64,000 bases of DNA from an uncultured Rikenellaceae bacterium (lineage in GTDB: Bacteria; Bacteroidota; Bacteroidia; Bacteroidales; VadinHA17): the NCBI GenBank assembly GCA_963696805.1, contig CAVOLF010000006.1, positions 375,092-439,091 of the forward strand, in the 5' to 3' direction. A program made the position numbers and the translations under genes. This document shows positions 18,901-27,116 of this stretch, in pieces. The notes under the pieces are model-generated. The model saw only the letters and a program-made list of their open reading frames with translations. It had not been told where the DNA came from and did not search any database. The first letter of the stretch is position 1. The number at the start of each line of letters is the position of its first letter.

Positions 18901-19106
18901 TGCTTCCAGAGACTATAGGTAACAGTGGTGCCTATCGGGAAGTAATCCCAGTTCATGCCGTTGATCATAAAATCCGCCCCGTTGACAACCAATTTCATTC
19001 CATCATCGGTTCTAGTAACAGCCACACGGTCACCCTGGGCATTCAAGACTGTTGACAACATAAATAAGAGAAGTACTAATCGCAGAAAAAGGAGATTTTT
19101 TTTCAT
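15960..19106 (-). CDS. Secreted two-part protein: N-terminal clan GH-A (beta/alpha)8 glycosidase domain fused to a ~600-aa Gly/aromatic-rich putative outer-membrane beta-barrel
   Basis: 1,048 aa. SPI signal …VLNA/QG. GH-A catalytic pattern LLGNENNYG (Asn-Glu acid/base) and IMFTEFGADAF (nucleophile Glu). From about aa 430 there are 20 or more short alternating-hydrophobic segments (VKVYSAEFTW, LKVAFGPELWWG, VGIEIGGIWA, RIGIRFNWRS, EWEIRTYLHFNI) and no hydrophobic helices. Confidence 0.6.
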   Translation of the reverse strand: MKKNLLFLRLVLLLFMLSTVLNAQGDRVAVTRTDDGMKLVVNGADFMINGMNWDYFPIGTTVTYSLWKQSDDVIKAALDAEMSLLRNMGVNAVRQYTGVPPKWIKYMYENYGIYTMLNHSFGRYGLTLSGKWVANTEYSDPRVRDLLISEVSEMVNEYKDTPGLLMFLLGNENNYGLFWEGAETEDIPVEDRKSTGRATHLYKLFNEAVNVMKDIDSSHPVAICNGDLLFLDIIAEECKDVEIFGVNMYRGASFGDAFQRVKDILNVPIMFTEFGADAFSAVENAEDQQSQAYYMVNNWKEIYENAAGLGKAGNSIGGFTFQFSDGWWKFGQTTNLDVQDNNASWSNGGYLHDYVAGENNMNEEWFGICAKGPTNERGLYQLFPRAAYYALREVHFLNPYADGISLKSIDTHFSNIEISSAVLQARGDKAALVGEQVKKVRISGLRAELSTFSTGGNRISTPVDAVPGALKYPDQLGFDHMQSFYVNVEANPAPNLRGEVALNVLGNIAGNPIDEIFYENRGRPREVNTDDGNLMLSALNRVKVYSAEFTWNSKLFDLTSFYRTGHYHWGYEGDFFGLYPEANYGPNMDIYNGEAPFGFEIDGKRSLNGLKVAFGPELWWGANPAVLVKYSRKVGGFDLTGIYHEDLDEQAPAVSSFAIPSPPTRRTTLHIKRQMGSVGIEIGGIWAGQPRVGETFQLVEGETGNYTVYEDQINSNDTWGGKAKVTLSAGPVNWYAQGAAMGLVAGGGADYTKTYTGWRLKDSGSGNQFNFLTGLTLLVGDFQFAPNFLWQKPVIGPVPGDVPAPGRARNILDDPFAVRHNRETVAGEFLLTYDPTPATWMYEWDNDEAEDAPFAMSAGFVYRHHPTTQDAAIGILADGRATFAFAGAPPARDLWEAYARIVSKANSNLGLIANLFAGTAESNGSDVRLIKRYGGDLRMIYKKTKLISMVKVNDWGPYDYHRDFNLTYPLQIKADLSTFVAKPKWVDLPQTRIGIRFNWRSLDQYSPRYCPTKNIDVNGDMVCDPTVPGYPNGNEWEIRTYLHFNIGM

Positions 19107-19451
19107 GATATAACAGATTTAAGTTGATCAGTTAACTATTCCATCATAGAAGCCTGCTATCAGGTCAATGGTATGGTCATGCCATACAGAAAACAATAGC
19201 TCAATTAAGGTGAAACTTGTCTGAAAACCATCTATTAAACAGAAAGAAAAATACATCAAATGAATTTCATGAATACATCAATAACACATCATCAATAATA
19301 CATATGATTGATATTCATGACATTAGATAGTCTATTTTCCTTAATTCGACTCATCGCGTTCAGTGATTGTATGCATCAGGCCAGGATTTCCTCCAGATTT
19401 TGCAGCAGGGCATAATCTGACTCTGATCTGTTTATCCCACGGGTTCGGGAT

Positions 19452-22394
19452 TCATATCTGCATCAGATAGTCTACGATGTTTACACTTCGGTCAAGTTTC
19501 AATTTCTTTCTCAGGCGATACCGGCTTATCTCAACTCCGCGGAACGAGATGTTCATAAGAGGGGCAATCTCTTTGGTTGAGACATTCATCCTCAGGTAAC
19601 TGCAAAGCCTTAATTCACCGGGTGTTAATTCCGGATGTATTCTTTTTAAACGGGAATGAAACTCCTGGTGGACCTCATCAAAATACCGGTCAAAAACTTC
19701 CCAGTTCTTTTCATTCTGAATATCCCGATCGATCTTTCGGATAATTCTTTTCAGCTCGCTGACAATAATATCATTTTTTGTTACCGGCATCATTGCCGAC
19801 AACTCCTGTTTAAGGGAATTTAGAAATTTATTTTTCTGTATGATATGGTAAGTAGCTGTAGCAAGCTCTTTGTTCTTATGTTTCATGTCAGACTGCAGCC
19901 TTTCATTTTTAAGCTGAATTATCTCCTTTTCCGCTGCCAGCTTCTGTTCCTCAAATGTTTGCTCTGTTTTTCTGAATGCATTAAGTTGCTTATTCTTTTC
20001 CTGCAACCTGATTTTGCCAATTCTTCGGACATATAAATAAACGCCTGCCAGGATGATTCCGGACAGCAATATGAAATATAATATCAGGGCTATATATGAC
20101 CTGGCGAAAGGAGGTTCAACAATAAAATAATACCTGTCGACCGAGCTGACATTATTGTAAATGTTTTTTGCCTTCACTTCGAAAAAGTAGTCTCCTTCGC
20201 GCAGATTGGTATACTCCTTCCCGTTTGTGGTGGTCCAGTCTGACCAGTTGTCTTCAAAATTGTCCAGGCGGTAACTGTATTGAATATGACCGGTATTCTC
20301 CATATCCGGTGAATTGAACCTGAATGATATATTATTCCAGGAATGAGGTATTGAGAAATTGCCTTTAAGCTCCCGTTTATCAATGTGGGAATTGCCGGAG
20401 GAATACCATAGTGTATCTTCACGCTTGGAAGAAATGCGAACCCGGTTGATATAAACATGCATTTCGTCAAAGTAGTCTTTATAGATCAAAGGATCATAGT
20501 GAACGAGGCCATTCTGAGTACCAATGTAGATATTACCCTGATCCTGAATATATATGTTGTCAAAGGGAGAAACCCGGGCACTGTTCAGGTCAAGAAAGGG
20601 TGTGGAAATATTAGTATATGTCCCATCTTCAAGCAGACGCAATACGCCCATCCCCTCCCTGGCTGAGTACCACAAATTCCGATTGCTGTCTTCTTTCAGA
20701 AGATATATAAGCTCCAAATCGCCAAAAAAATTGTTCAATTCGTCAGGTTTGTAGAAATGCTCACTCTCCTCGTCAAACTGGTATATACCCTGATTGGTGG
20801 AAATGAAAAAATCACCTCTTGATTCATGCAAAAAATAAGGCAACTCCGCGGGAAGGTTGTTGGAACCCCTGTACTCTTTTACAGAAATAACACTGTCAAG
20901 GCTTTCATTGAGGTGAAGACGAAACAGCCCCAGATATCCGTGACTTATCCATAACCAGTTATCCCCGGCGATTTTCAAATCCTTTGAAGAGACGTCGAAT
21001 CCCTTAACCTTCTTCCTGAACTTCCATTTTCCATCTCCACCTTTAGCGAAAGTTATAAATCCGTCATATGTGCCACTTATAAGCAGATTTTCATGGCCCG
21101 GAATTTTATTGAAGTTCCAGACACCCCTGGTATTAGTAAGCTTTTTTGACTGTAACCCGTCAATCGAATAGGCTCCGTTGTGATGCCCGCATAGCAACTG
21201 CCCGTCTGTGACCGTAAGATTCCAGACCTGCCCTTCCATGCCTTCAACCAGGTCGTACTTAATATTAATTTGACTTCTGAGCTTGACAAGTTCTTTTGTG
21301 AACAGACCCTGATTGGTCCCGATATATAGTCTGCCTTCATGGATAGCCGTTGCATAAGTGGCAGCAATGTTGAAATTATCATTGATAACAGAGGTGGGAA
21401 GACTTGTTTTCAGGAAATCAATTCCAATATCAAGTCCCAGCCAGACATTATTCTGACGGTCGACAAACAGAGACAATACTGTGTTGTTCTGCAACCCATT
21501 TGAGCGGCTCAGATGCTCCAGTATCTCCCCTCTATCATTCACTACAATTAATCCACTCTTGATGGTGCCGAACAGATATGTATTGTTGTGAAAGGAACCG
21601 CAATAGAGCTTGGATTTTATAAGCTCCCCGGTTATTTCAGTATCCCAGCGCCGCAATTTTTGATCAGAGAGTATATACAACCCGTTGTTCATAGTCCCTA
21701 TCAGAAGGTCGTTCGCATTGAAAGGTGTGAGTGAATTAATTTCATCGGTTGTGAATAAAAGATCATCCGTAACAGTGCGCAGGGTGTCATTTATCAAGAC
21801 CCTGAGGCCAACCCCTGTTTCAACCACATAATAGTCGTTGTTTACATAAAATGAATTTCCAAATCTTTCCTTTGGCTTAATTACCTGAATGGTGTTGTTT
21901 CTATAGATGAAAATGGACTCGAAGCTCTGGAAAACAACCCCGAACCTTGTCTGGTAAATATTCCAGACGTCATCAAAATTCCTTGAATCTTCCGGAATGA
22001 GATGATTTAAAGTATAATATCCAGTTCCAGTTCTCTCCGATTTTTCAAGCACTCCAATTTCATTGTATGCTCCCACATACACTTTCTTATCAGTACCGTA
22101 TGCAAGCGACCTGATTATCGAATTATTGGATGCAGGAAATATCTCCCAATCTTCACCATCGAATTTCAGTATCCCGTTATTGTTTGCCACATAAATATTC
22201 CCCTGTTCATCATCAACAATATTCCAGTTCTGAGTACCCCCTCTGTATTCACTCCTTTCGATATTCCATATTTCAGGAACCCCGATTGATTTAAACTGAC
22301 CGGAGATACTGAGCGTTTGAACAACAGACAAGATTACTGGAATTATTGTCCTGAACTTCTTAAGCAACCTGATTGCAGATGATATAATTGTCAT
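19452..22394 (-). CDS. Membrane-spanning one-component regulator: periplasmic beta-propeller/Y_Y_Y sensor, TM helix, coiled coil, LuxR-type HTH
   Basis: 980 aa. N-terminal signal/anchor and repeated propeller-like units (NNGLYIL, GTQNGLVHYD). Y_Y_Y-type segment YSYRLDNFEDNWSDW…EGDYFFEVKA. TM segment YIALILYFILLSGIILAGVYLYV. C-terminal GerE/LuxR HTH LTPGELRLCSYLRMNVSTKEIAPLMNISFRGVEISRYRLRKKL. Confidence 0.85.
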   Translation of the reverse strand: MTIISSAIRLLKKFRTIIPVILSVVQTLSISGQFKSIGVPEIWNIERSEYRGGTQNWNIVDDEQGNIYVANNNGILKFDGEDWEIFPASNNSIIRSLAYGTDKKVYVGAYNEIGVLEKSERTGTGYYTLNHLIPEDSRNFDDVWNIYQTRFGVVFQSFESIFIYRNNTIQVIKPKERFGNSFYVNNDYYVVETGVGLRVLINDTLRTVTDDLLFTTDEINSLTPFNANDLLIGTMNNGLYILSDQKLRRWDTEITGELIKSKLYCGSFHNNTYLFGTIKSGLIVVNDRGEILEHLSRSNGLQNNTVLSLFVDRQNNVWLGLDIGIDFLKTSLPTSVINDNFNIAATYATAIHEGRLYIGTNQGLFTKELVKLRSQINIKYDLVEGMEGQVWNLTVTDGQLLCGHHNGAYSIDGLQSKKLTNTRGVWNFNKIPGHENLLISGTYDGFITFAKGGDGKWKFRKKVKGFDVSSKDLKIAGDNWLWISHGYLGLFRLHLNESLDSVISVKEYRGSNNLPAELPYFLHESRGDFFISTNQGIYQFDEESEHFYKPDELNNFFGDLELIYLLKEDSNRNLWYSAREGMGVLRLLEDGTYTNISTPFLDLNSARVSPFDNIYIQDQGNIYIGTQNGLVHYDPLIYKDYFDEMHVYINRVRISSKREDTLWYSSGNSHIDKRELKGNFSIPHSWNNISFRFNSPDMENTGHIQYSYRLDNFEDNWSDWTTTNGKEYTNLREGDYFFEVKAKNIYNNVSSVDRYYFIVEPPFARSYIALILYFILLSGIILAGVYLYVRRIGKIRLQEKNKQLNAFRKTEQTFEEQKLAAEKEIIQLKNERLQSDMKHKNKELATATYHIIQKNKFLNSLKQELSAMMPVTKNDIIVSELKRIIRKIDRDIQNEKNWEVFDRYFDEVHQEFHSRLKRIHPELTPGELRLCSYLRMNVSTKEIAPLMNISFRGVEISRYRLRKKLKLDRSVNIVDYLMQI

Positions 22395-22531
22395 TTAGCC
22401 AATACCAGTTAAACAAGTCCGTTCCGGGAACAAGTCAGGTAAAAGTATACTTTTTTTTGATTCATGACAACCGCCGGCTATACCTGATCATTCCACAGAA
22501 CCATCACAGAATATATCTTGCAGCCTTTTAC

Positions 22532-22560
22532 TTGTTTTTTTTAATTTCTGGGTATATTTG
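22532..22560 (+). promoter_or_regulatory. Candidate promoter of pdaD
   Basis: TATATTTG (a perfect TAnnTTTG -7 box) at 22553-22560. A TTG at 22532-22534 lies 18 nt upstream. The ATG at 22611 is 51 nt downstream. Confidence 0.5.
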
Positions 22561-22610
22561 TTCGTTAAGGTTTTATTGGATGATTTAACCTATATAGATC
22601 ATTATTCAAG

Positions 22611-23132
22611 ATGGGCAAAGTTACTACCAACAGAATTCCGCATGAATTTTTCGTGACCCAGGGCTCGGGATGCAGTGAATATGCGATCCATCCCGGATCA
22701 TACCACATGGCACTGCATGATGCTGGCATTGCAGAGTACAATATCATGAATTACTCGTCAGTATTGCCTGCCACGGCAAAGCTTCTGACACTCGATGAAG
22801 TTGACATGCCGCCATACGGGTCAGAGCTCTGCACAATCATGGCCGTGGCCAATGGCTATTACGGCGAACACGTTTCAGCGGGAATAATATTCGCCTGGAT
22901 GTACACCGATGACACCTGTGAGGAGAAGGTCGGAGGCCTGGTGTGTGAACTGGCGGGTTACTTTGATATGGAAGCCCTCGAGGAGAGGCTCTATACCGTC
23001 CTTCATGACCTTCATGACAGAACCTTTGCCAAGTACTACCTTGGTGAACCTACTGTCATCAGGGAGTCATTGACAATAGACAAGAGGTACGGAACAGCCC
23101 TTGTCGGTCTGTGCTTTGTGAGTTTCCAGTAA
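22611..23132 (+). CDS. pdaD: Pyruvoyl-dependent arginine decarboxylase
   Basis: 173 aa. FFVTQGSG…HDAGIAEYNIMNYSSVLPATA aligns to the PvlArgDC pattern (…LLNAGIGNVNLIRISSIMP), including the Ser-Ser self-cleavage site. Confidence 0.85.
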   Translation: MGKVTTNRIPHEFFVTQGSGCSEYAIHPGSYHMALHDAGIAEYNIMNYSSVLPATAKLLTLDEVDMPPYGSELCTIMAVANGYYGEHVSAGIIFAWMYTDDTCEEKVGGLVCELAGYFDMEALEERLYTVLHDLHDRTFAKYYLGEPTVIRESLTIDKRYGTALVGLCFVSFQ

Positions 23133-23200
23133 ACCTCCGCAAGCCCGGTAACCGGCGGGAGTGCAAATGATTGAACAGGGACCGGAAACAGGATACTGTA

Positions 23201-23755
23201 ATGAGCAGACCGAGTAAACTGATCAGCTTCTTCACCCCTCCTGCACGCTGGAGAAGACCGGTGATTGTTATTCTGGGAGCATTTACCGGTCTGTTATTCT
23301 TCCTGCTGAAGATATCCAATGCCACCTCCTATATTTCTGATGACCCGAAGGTCTGCATCAACTGTCACATAATGACTCCCCAGTTTGCCACGTGGTCACA
23401 CAGCGCACACCGCGGCATCACTGACTGCAATGCCTGCCATGTGCCTCATGACAGCTTCGTCAAAAAATACTATTTCAAGGCCAGTGACGGTCTCCGCCAC
23501 TCCACAATCTTTACCATGCGCAGGGAACCCCAGGCAATCTACATCAGGGAAGCCGGAAGGAAGGTGGTGCAGGAGAACTGTCTCCGCTGCCATGCCTCTC
23601 TCTTCAGCGACGGACCCGGCATGCCTTACGAAGCTATGGCAGGCAGGCGCTACCGCCAATGTCTTGAATGTCATCGTTATACACCTCATGACAGAGTGAA
23701 CAGCATCTCTTCAACACAGTTCGCAATTACACCGACACTTAAAGCCAACCTTTAA
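23201..23755 (+). CDS. nrfH: Cytochrome c nitrite reductase small subunit NrfH (NapC/NirT tetrahaem quinol dehydrogenase)
   Basis: Four CxxCH motifs (CINCH, CNACH, CLRCH, CLECH) after an N-terminal TM helix VIVILGAFTGLLFFLL. I prefer the ATG at 23201 over the TTG at 23171 used by the track. Confidence 0.9.
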   Translation: MSRPSKLISFFTPPARWRRPVIVILGAFTGLLFFLLKISNATSYISDDPKVCINCHIMTPQFATWSHSAHRGITDCNACHVPHDSFVKKYYFKASDGLRHSTIFTMRREPQAIYIREAGRKVVQENCLRCHASLFSDGPGMPYEAMAGRRYRQCLECHRYTPHDRVNSISSTQFAITPTLKANL

Positions 23756-23774
23756 AAACTCAATACCAGAACCT

Positions 23775-25238
23775 ATGTCAATCAAGGATTTTATCTCCAG
23801 AAAGCCATGGTCCGGCTGGCTCCTCTTCCTGGCCACAGTCGCGGTAGTCTTCATTCTCGGAATGCTCGCGTCATCAATTGTTGAGAGACGCAGTGAGGCA
23901 AAATACGCCTACAGACCTCCCACCGACCTGCAGCCGTTCGAGAGCGACAACAGCGTCTGGGGTAAATTCTATCCGCGCGAGTACAAATCATGGCTGATGA
24001 CTGCAGACACATCGTTCCGCAGCAGGTATGCAGGAAGCAAACCGCTGGATCTGCTTGCTGCCGATCCGGAGCTTGCCATCCTGTGGGCAGGCTATTCCTT
24101 CTCAAAGGATTATTGGCAGGCAAGAGGACATCACTGGGCAGTTGAGGATATAAGGAACACACTCCGGACAGGGGCTCCTATGACTCCTGACGCCGGTCCC
24201 CAGCCGGCGACATGCTGGGCCTGCAAGAGCCCTGACGTTCCCCGTATGATTGACAAGATGGGTGCGGAGAGCTTCTACAAAGCCTCATGGGCTTCCCTTG
24301 GACCGGAGATCATAAATCCCATCGGGTGCGCTGATTGCCATGATCCTGAAAACATGACCCTCACCATCACCCGTCCGGCGCTGAAGGAGGCTTTTGAAAG
24401 ACAGGGCAGGAATATCAGTGACGCCGGACACCAGGAGATGCGCAGCCTGGTTTGTGCACAGTGCCACGTTGAGTATTATTTCAAGGGAGAGGGAAAATAC
24501 CTCACTTTCCCATGGGACAAGGGTACCACAGCAGATCAAATTGAAGCCTATTATGACAGCTACGAATTCTCAGACTGGACACACGCAGTGAGCAAGGCTC
24601 CGATGCTTAAAGCACAGCACCCTGACTATGAGCTGTTTAAAATGGGAATACACGGTCAGCGCGATGTGGCATGCGCCGATTGCCACATGCCCTACATTGC
24701 CGAAGGAGGCGTGAAATACACCAGCCACCACGTGCAGAGCCCCCTGAACATGATCTCGTCTACCTGTGCAGTATGCCACCGGCAGAGCGAGGAAGAACTA
24801 ATGAATAATGTATATGAAAGACAGGATAAGGTTGCCGCATTGAGAAATCACCTTGAGGAAATTCTTGTAAAAGCCCACTATGAGGCAAAAGCTGCCTGGG
24901 ATGCGGAAGCAGATGAATCAACCATGAAACCCGTACTGGGTCTCATAAGGCAGGCTCAGTGGAGGTGGGACTTCTGTGCCGCCAGCCACGGTGGCTCCTT
25001 CCACGCACCTCTCGAAACGGCTTCCGTGTTGAGCAATGGCATAATGAAAGCAATGGAGGCGAGAATTGAGCTCGCATCCATACTCGCCGCCAAAGGAGTA
25101 GAAAAAATTATGATGCCTGACCTCTCATCCAAAGCAGGTGCACAGAAATCTATCGGCCTCGACATGGAAAAACTGAAGAGGGAAAAGGAGGAGTTCAAAA
25201 AACAGATCCTGCCACTGTGGGATAAGAGCGCTGTCTGA
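23775..25238 (+). CDS. nrfA: Pentahaem cytochrome c nitrite reductase (ammonia-forming)
   Basis: 487 aa. The diagnostic active-site haem motif CWACK plus four CxxCH motifs (CADCH, CAQCH, CADCH, CAVCH). N-terminal anchor/signal. Confidence 0.92.
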   Translation: MSIKDFISRKPWSGWLLFLATVAVVFILGMLASSIVERRSEAKYAYRPPTDLQPFESDNSVWGKFYPREYKSWLMTADTSFRSRYAGSKPLDLLAADPELAILWAGYSFSKDYWQARGHHWAVEDIRNTLRTGAPMTPDAGPQPATCWACKSPDVPRMIDKMGAESFYKASWASLGPEIINPIGCADCHDPENMTLTITRPALKEAFERQGRNISDAGHQEMRSLVCAQCHVEYYFKGEGKYLTFPWDKGTTADQIEAYYDSYEFSDWTHAVSKAPMLKAQHPDYELFKMGIHGQRDVACADCHMPYIAEGGVKYTSHHVQSPLNMISSTCAVCHRQSEEELMNNVYERQDKVAALRNHLEEILVKAHYEAKAAWDAEADESTMKPVLGLIRQAQWRWDFCAASHGGSFHAPLETASVLSNGIMKAMEARIELASILAAKGVEKIMMPDLSSKAGAQKSIGLDMEKLKREKEEFKKQILPLWDKSAV

Positions 25239-25279
25239 ATAACCGTACATCATCAACACTCATTGATAAATACCGTGAA

Positions 25280-27109
25280 ATGAGTTACCGTCATTCATTG
25301 TTACGCCTGCTCCTGCCGGTTATTTTAACCCTGGTATCCGGAGTTGCTGTACTGGCTCAGCCAGACAGACATACATTCGCCCTCGGTGGCGAAGAGTTCC
25401 TGCTTGACGGCAAACCCTTTCAGATAATCAGCGGCGAGATGCACCCTGCAAGGATCCCCGGGGAATACTGGCGCCACCGCATTCAGATGGCGAAGGCCAT
25501 GGGATGCAATACCATCTCGGCTTATCTCTTCTGGAACCATCATGAAAGCAGAGAAGGCATTTATGATTTTCACACTGGAAACAGGGACATCTCTCGGTTC
25601 ATTGCCACGGCACAGGAAGAGGGGATGTGGGTCATCATCAGACCCGGGCCGTATGTATGCGCCGAGTGGGAATTCGGAGGACTCCCTCCTTACCTTCTGC
25701 GACACCCCGGAATAAAGATCAGGTGCACGGATCCGGTCTATATGAAGGCCGTTGAGCGTTATATCTCACGCCTCGCCGACGAACTTCGTCCACACCTCGT
25801 TTCCAACGGTGGACGGATCCTCATGATCCAGATTGAAAATGAATACGGCAGCTACGGCAATGACAGGAGCTATCTCACAGCCCTGAAGGAAATATGGGTA
25901 AAAAGCGACATTGACGTGCCCTTTTTCACCGGCGACGGTCCCACGGAATATATGCTTGAGGCAGGTACACTCCCAGGCTGTGCGGTAGGGCTCGACTCCG
26001 GCAGCAGTGAGAAGGACTTTGAGCTGGCACGTAAAATGAACCCCGGTGTGCCGGTCTTCTCAAGCGAGACCTACCCGGGCTGGCTGACACACTGGGGAGA
26101 GGACTGGGCAAGACCCGACACTTCCGAACTGCTGAGGGAGGTGAAGTTCCTGATGGATACCCGCAAATCATTCAATTTCTATGTCATCCACGGGGGAACA
26201 AACTTCGGCTTCACGGCAGGCGCAAACTCGGGCGGCAAGGGATATGAGCCGGATCTGACAAGCTATGATTATGATGCCCCGATAAATGAACAAGGCAGGG
26301 CGACTCCCAAATACATGGCGCTGAGAAAACTGATAGGATCATACCTGCCGAAAAGAACACAGCTCCCTCCCATCCCGGAACCTGTACCTGCAATGAGCTT
26401 CCCGGAAACAGAACTGGTACCTTTCACCTCAATATGGTACTACATTCCGTTCCCTTACCTTTCGGTGCAGCCTCAGCCATTCGAGGCTTTCGGACAGGAT
26501 TACGGGTTCATGCTCTACACCACTGAACTGATCGGACATAAGGGCGGGAAAATGACTGTGACAGAGCTGCATGACTACGCCACGGTCTTTCTGGACGGAA
26601 AGTACGTCGGTACCCTTGACAGAAGACTGGGCATTAAAGCCATTGATCTTCCGCGGAGCAGTTCTGAAAGACCGGTACTTGAGATTTTTGTCGAAGCCAT
26701 GGGCAGGATTAACTTCGCCCAGGCCATGATTGACCGCAAGGGCATAACCGACAGGGTGACTCTGAACGGCATGACACTGATGAACTGGCAAGTACACGGC
26801 TTGCCAATGAATGATCTGTTTGTCTCATCCCTTAGGGAAACCGATGGGGACATGACAAAGGCCGGCCTCTTTTTCAAGGGCAAGGTAAATCTTGCTGAGC
26901 CAGCCGACACCTTCATTGACATGACCAACTTCGTCAAGGGCTTTGTCTGGGTGAACGGGCACAACCTCGGACGTTACTGGGAGATAGGCCCCCAGACCAG
27001 GCTTTACTGCCCGGCTTCATGGCTGAAAAAAGGAGAGAATGAGATAATCGTTTTTGACCTTCACAAGACCACACCCGGCTCAGTGACGGGTTTCCCGGCC
27101 ATGAACTGA
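25280..27109 (+). CDS. Glycoside hydrolase family 35 beta-galactosidase, secreted
   Basis: 609 aa with a signal peptide. GH35 motifs GEMHPARIP, GPYVCAEWEFGGLP, QIENEYG (acid/base) and SSETYPGWLTHWG (nucleophile). Confidence 0.9.
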   Translation: MSYRHSLLRLLLPVILTLVSGVAVLAQPDRHTFALGGEEFLLDGKPFQIISGEMHPARIPGEYWRHRIQMAKAMGCNTISAYLFWNHHESREGIYDFHTGNRDISRFIATAQEEGMWVIIRPGPYVCAEWEFGGLPPYLLRHPGIKIRCTDPVYMKAVERYISRLADELRPHLVSNGGRILMIQIENEYGSYGNDRSYLTALKEIWVKSDIDVPFFTGDGPTEYMLEAGTLPGCAVGLDSGSSEKDFELARKMNPGVPVFSSETYPGWLTHWGEDWARPDTSELLREVKFLMDTRKSFNFYVIHGGTNFGFTAGANSGGKGYEPDLTSYDYDAPINEQGRATPKYMALRKLIGSYLPKRTQLPPIPEPVPAMSFPETELVPFTSIWYYIPFPYLSVQPQPFEAFGQDYGFMLYTTELIGHKGGKMTVTELHDYATVFLDGKYVGTLDRRLGIKAIDLPRSSSERPVLEIFVEAMGRINFAQAMIDRKGITDRVTLNGMTLMNWQVHGLPMNDLFVSSLRETDGDMTKAGLFFKGKVNLAEPADTFIDMTNFVKGFVWVNGHNLGRYWEIGPQTRLYCPASWLKKGENEIIVFDLHKTTPGSVTGFPAMN

Positions 27110-27116
27110 AACCTCC

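Noticed and set aside
19096-19103. A8 tract (ATG AAA AAA AAT) right after the start codon of the GH-A/barrel gene as a slipped-strand switch. A similar A9 tract lies in the aminopeptidase P gene near 34405.
   Set aside because: MKK(N/K) signal-peptide starts are common in AT-leaning Bacteroidota genes. The tract is short for phase variation, and there is no evidence of length heterogeneity in a single sequence.
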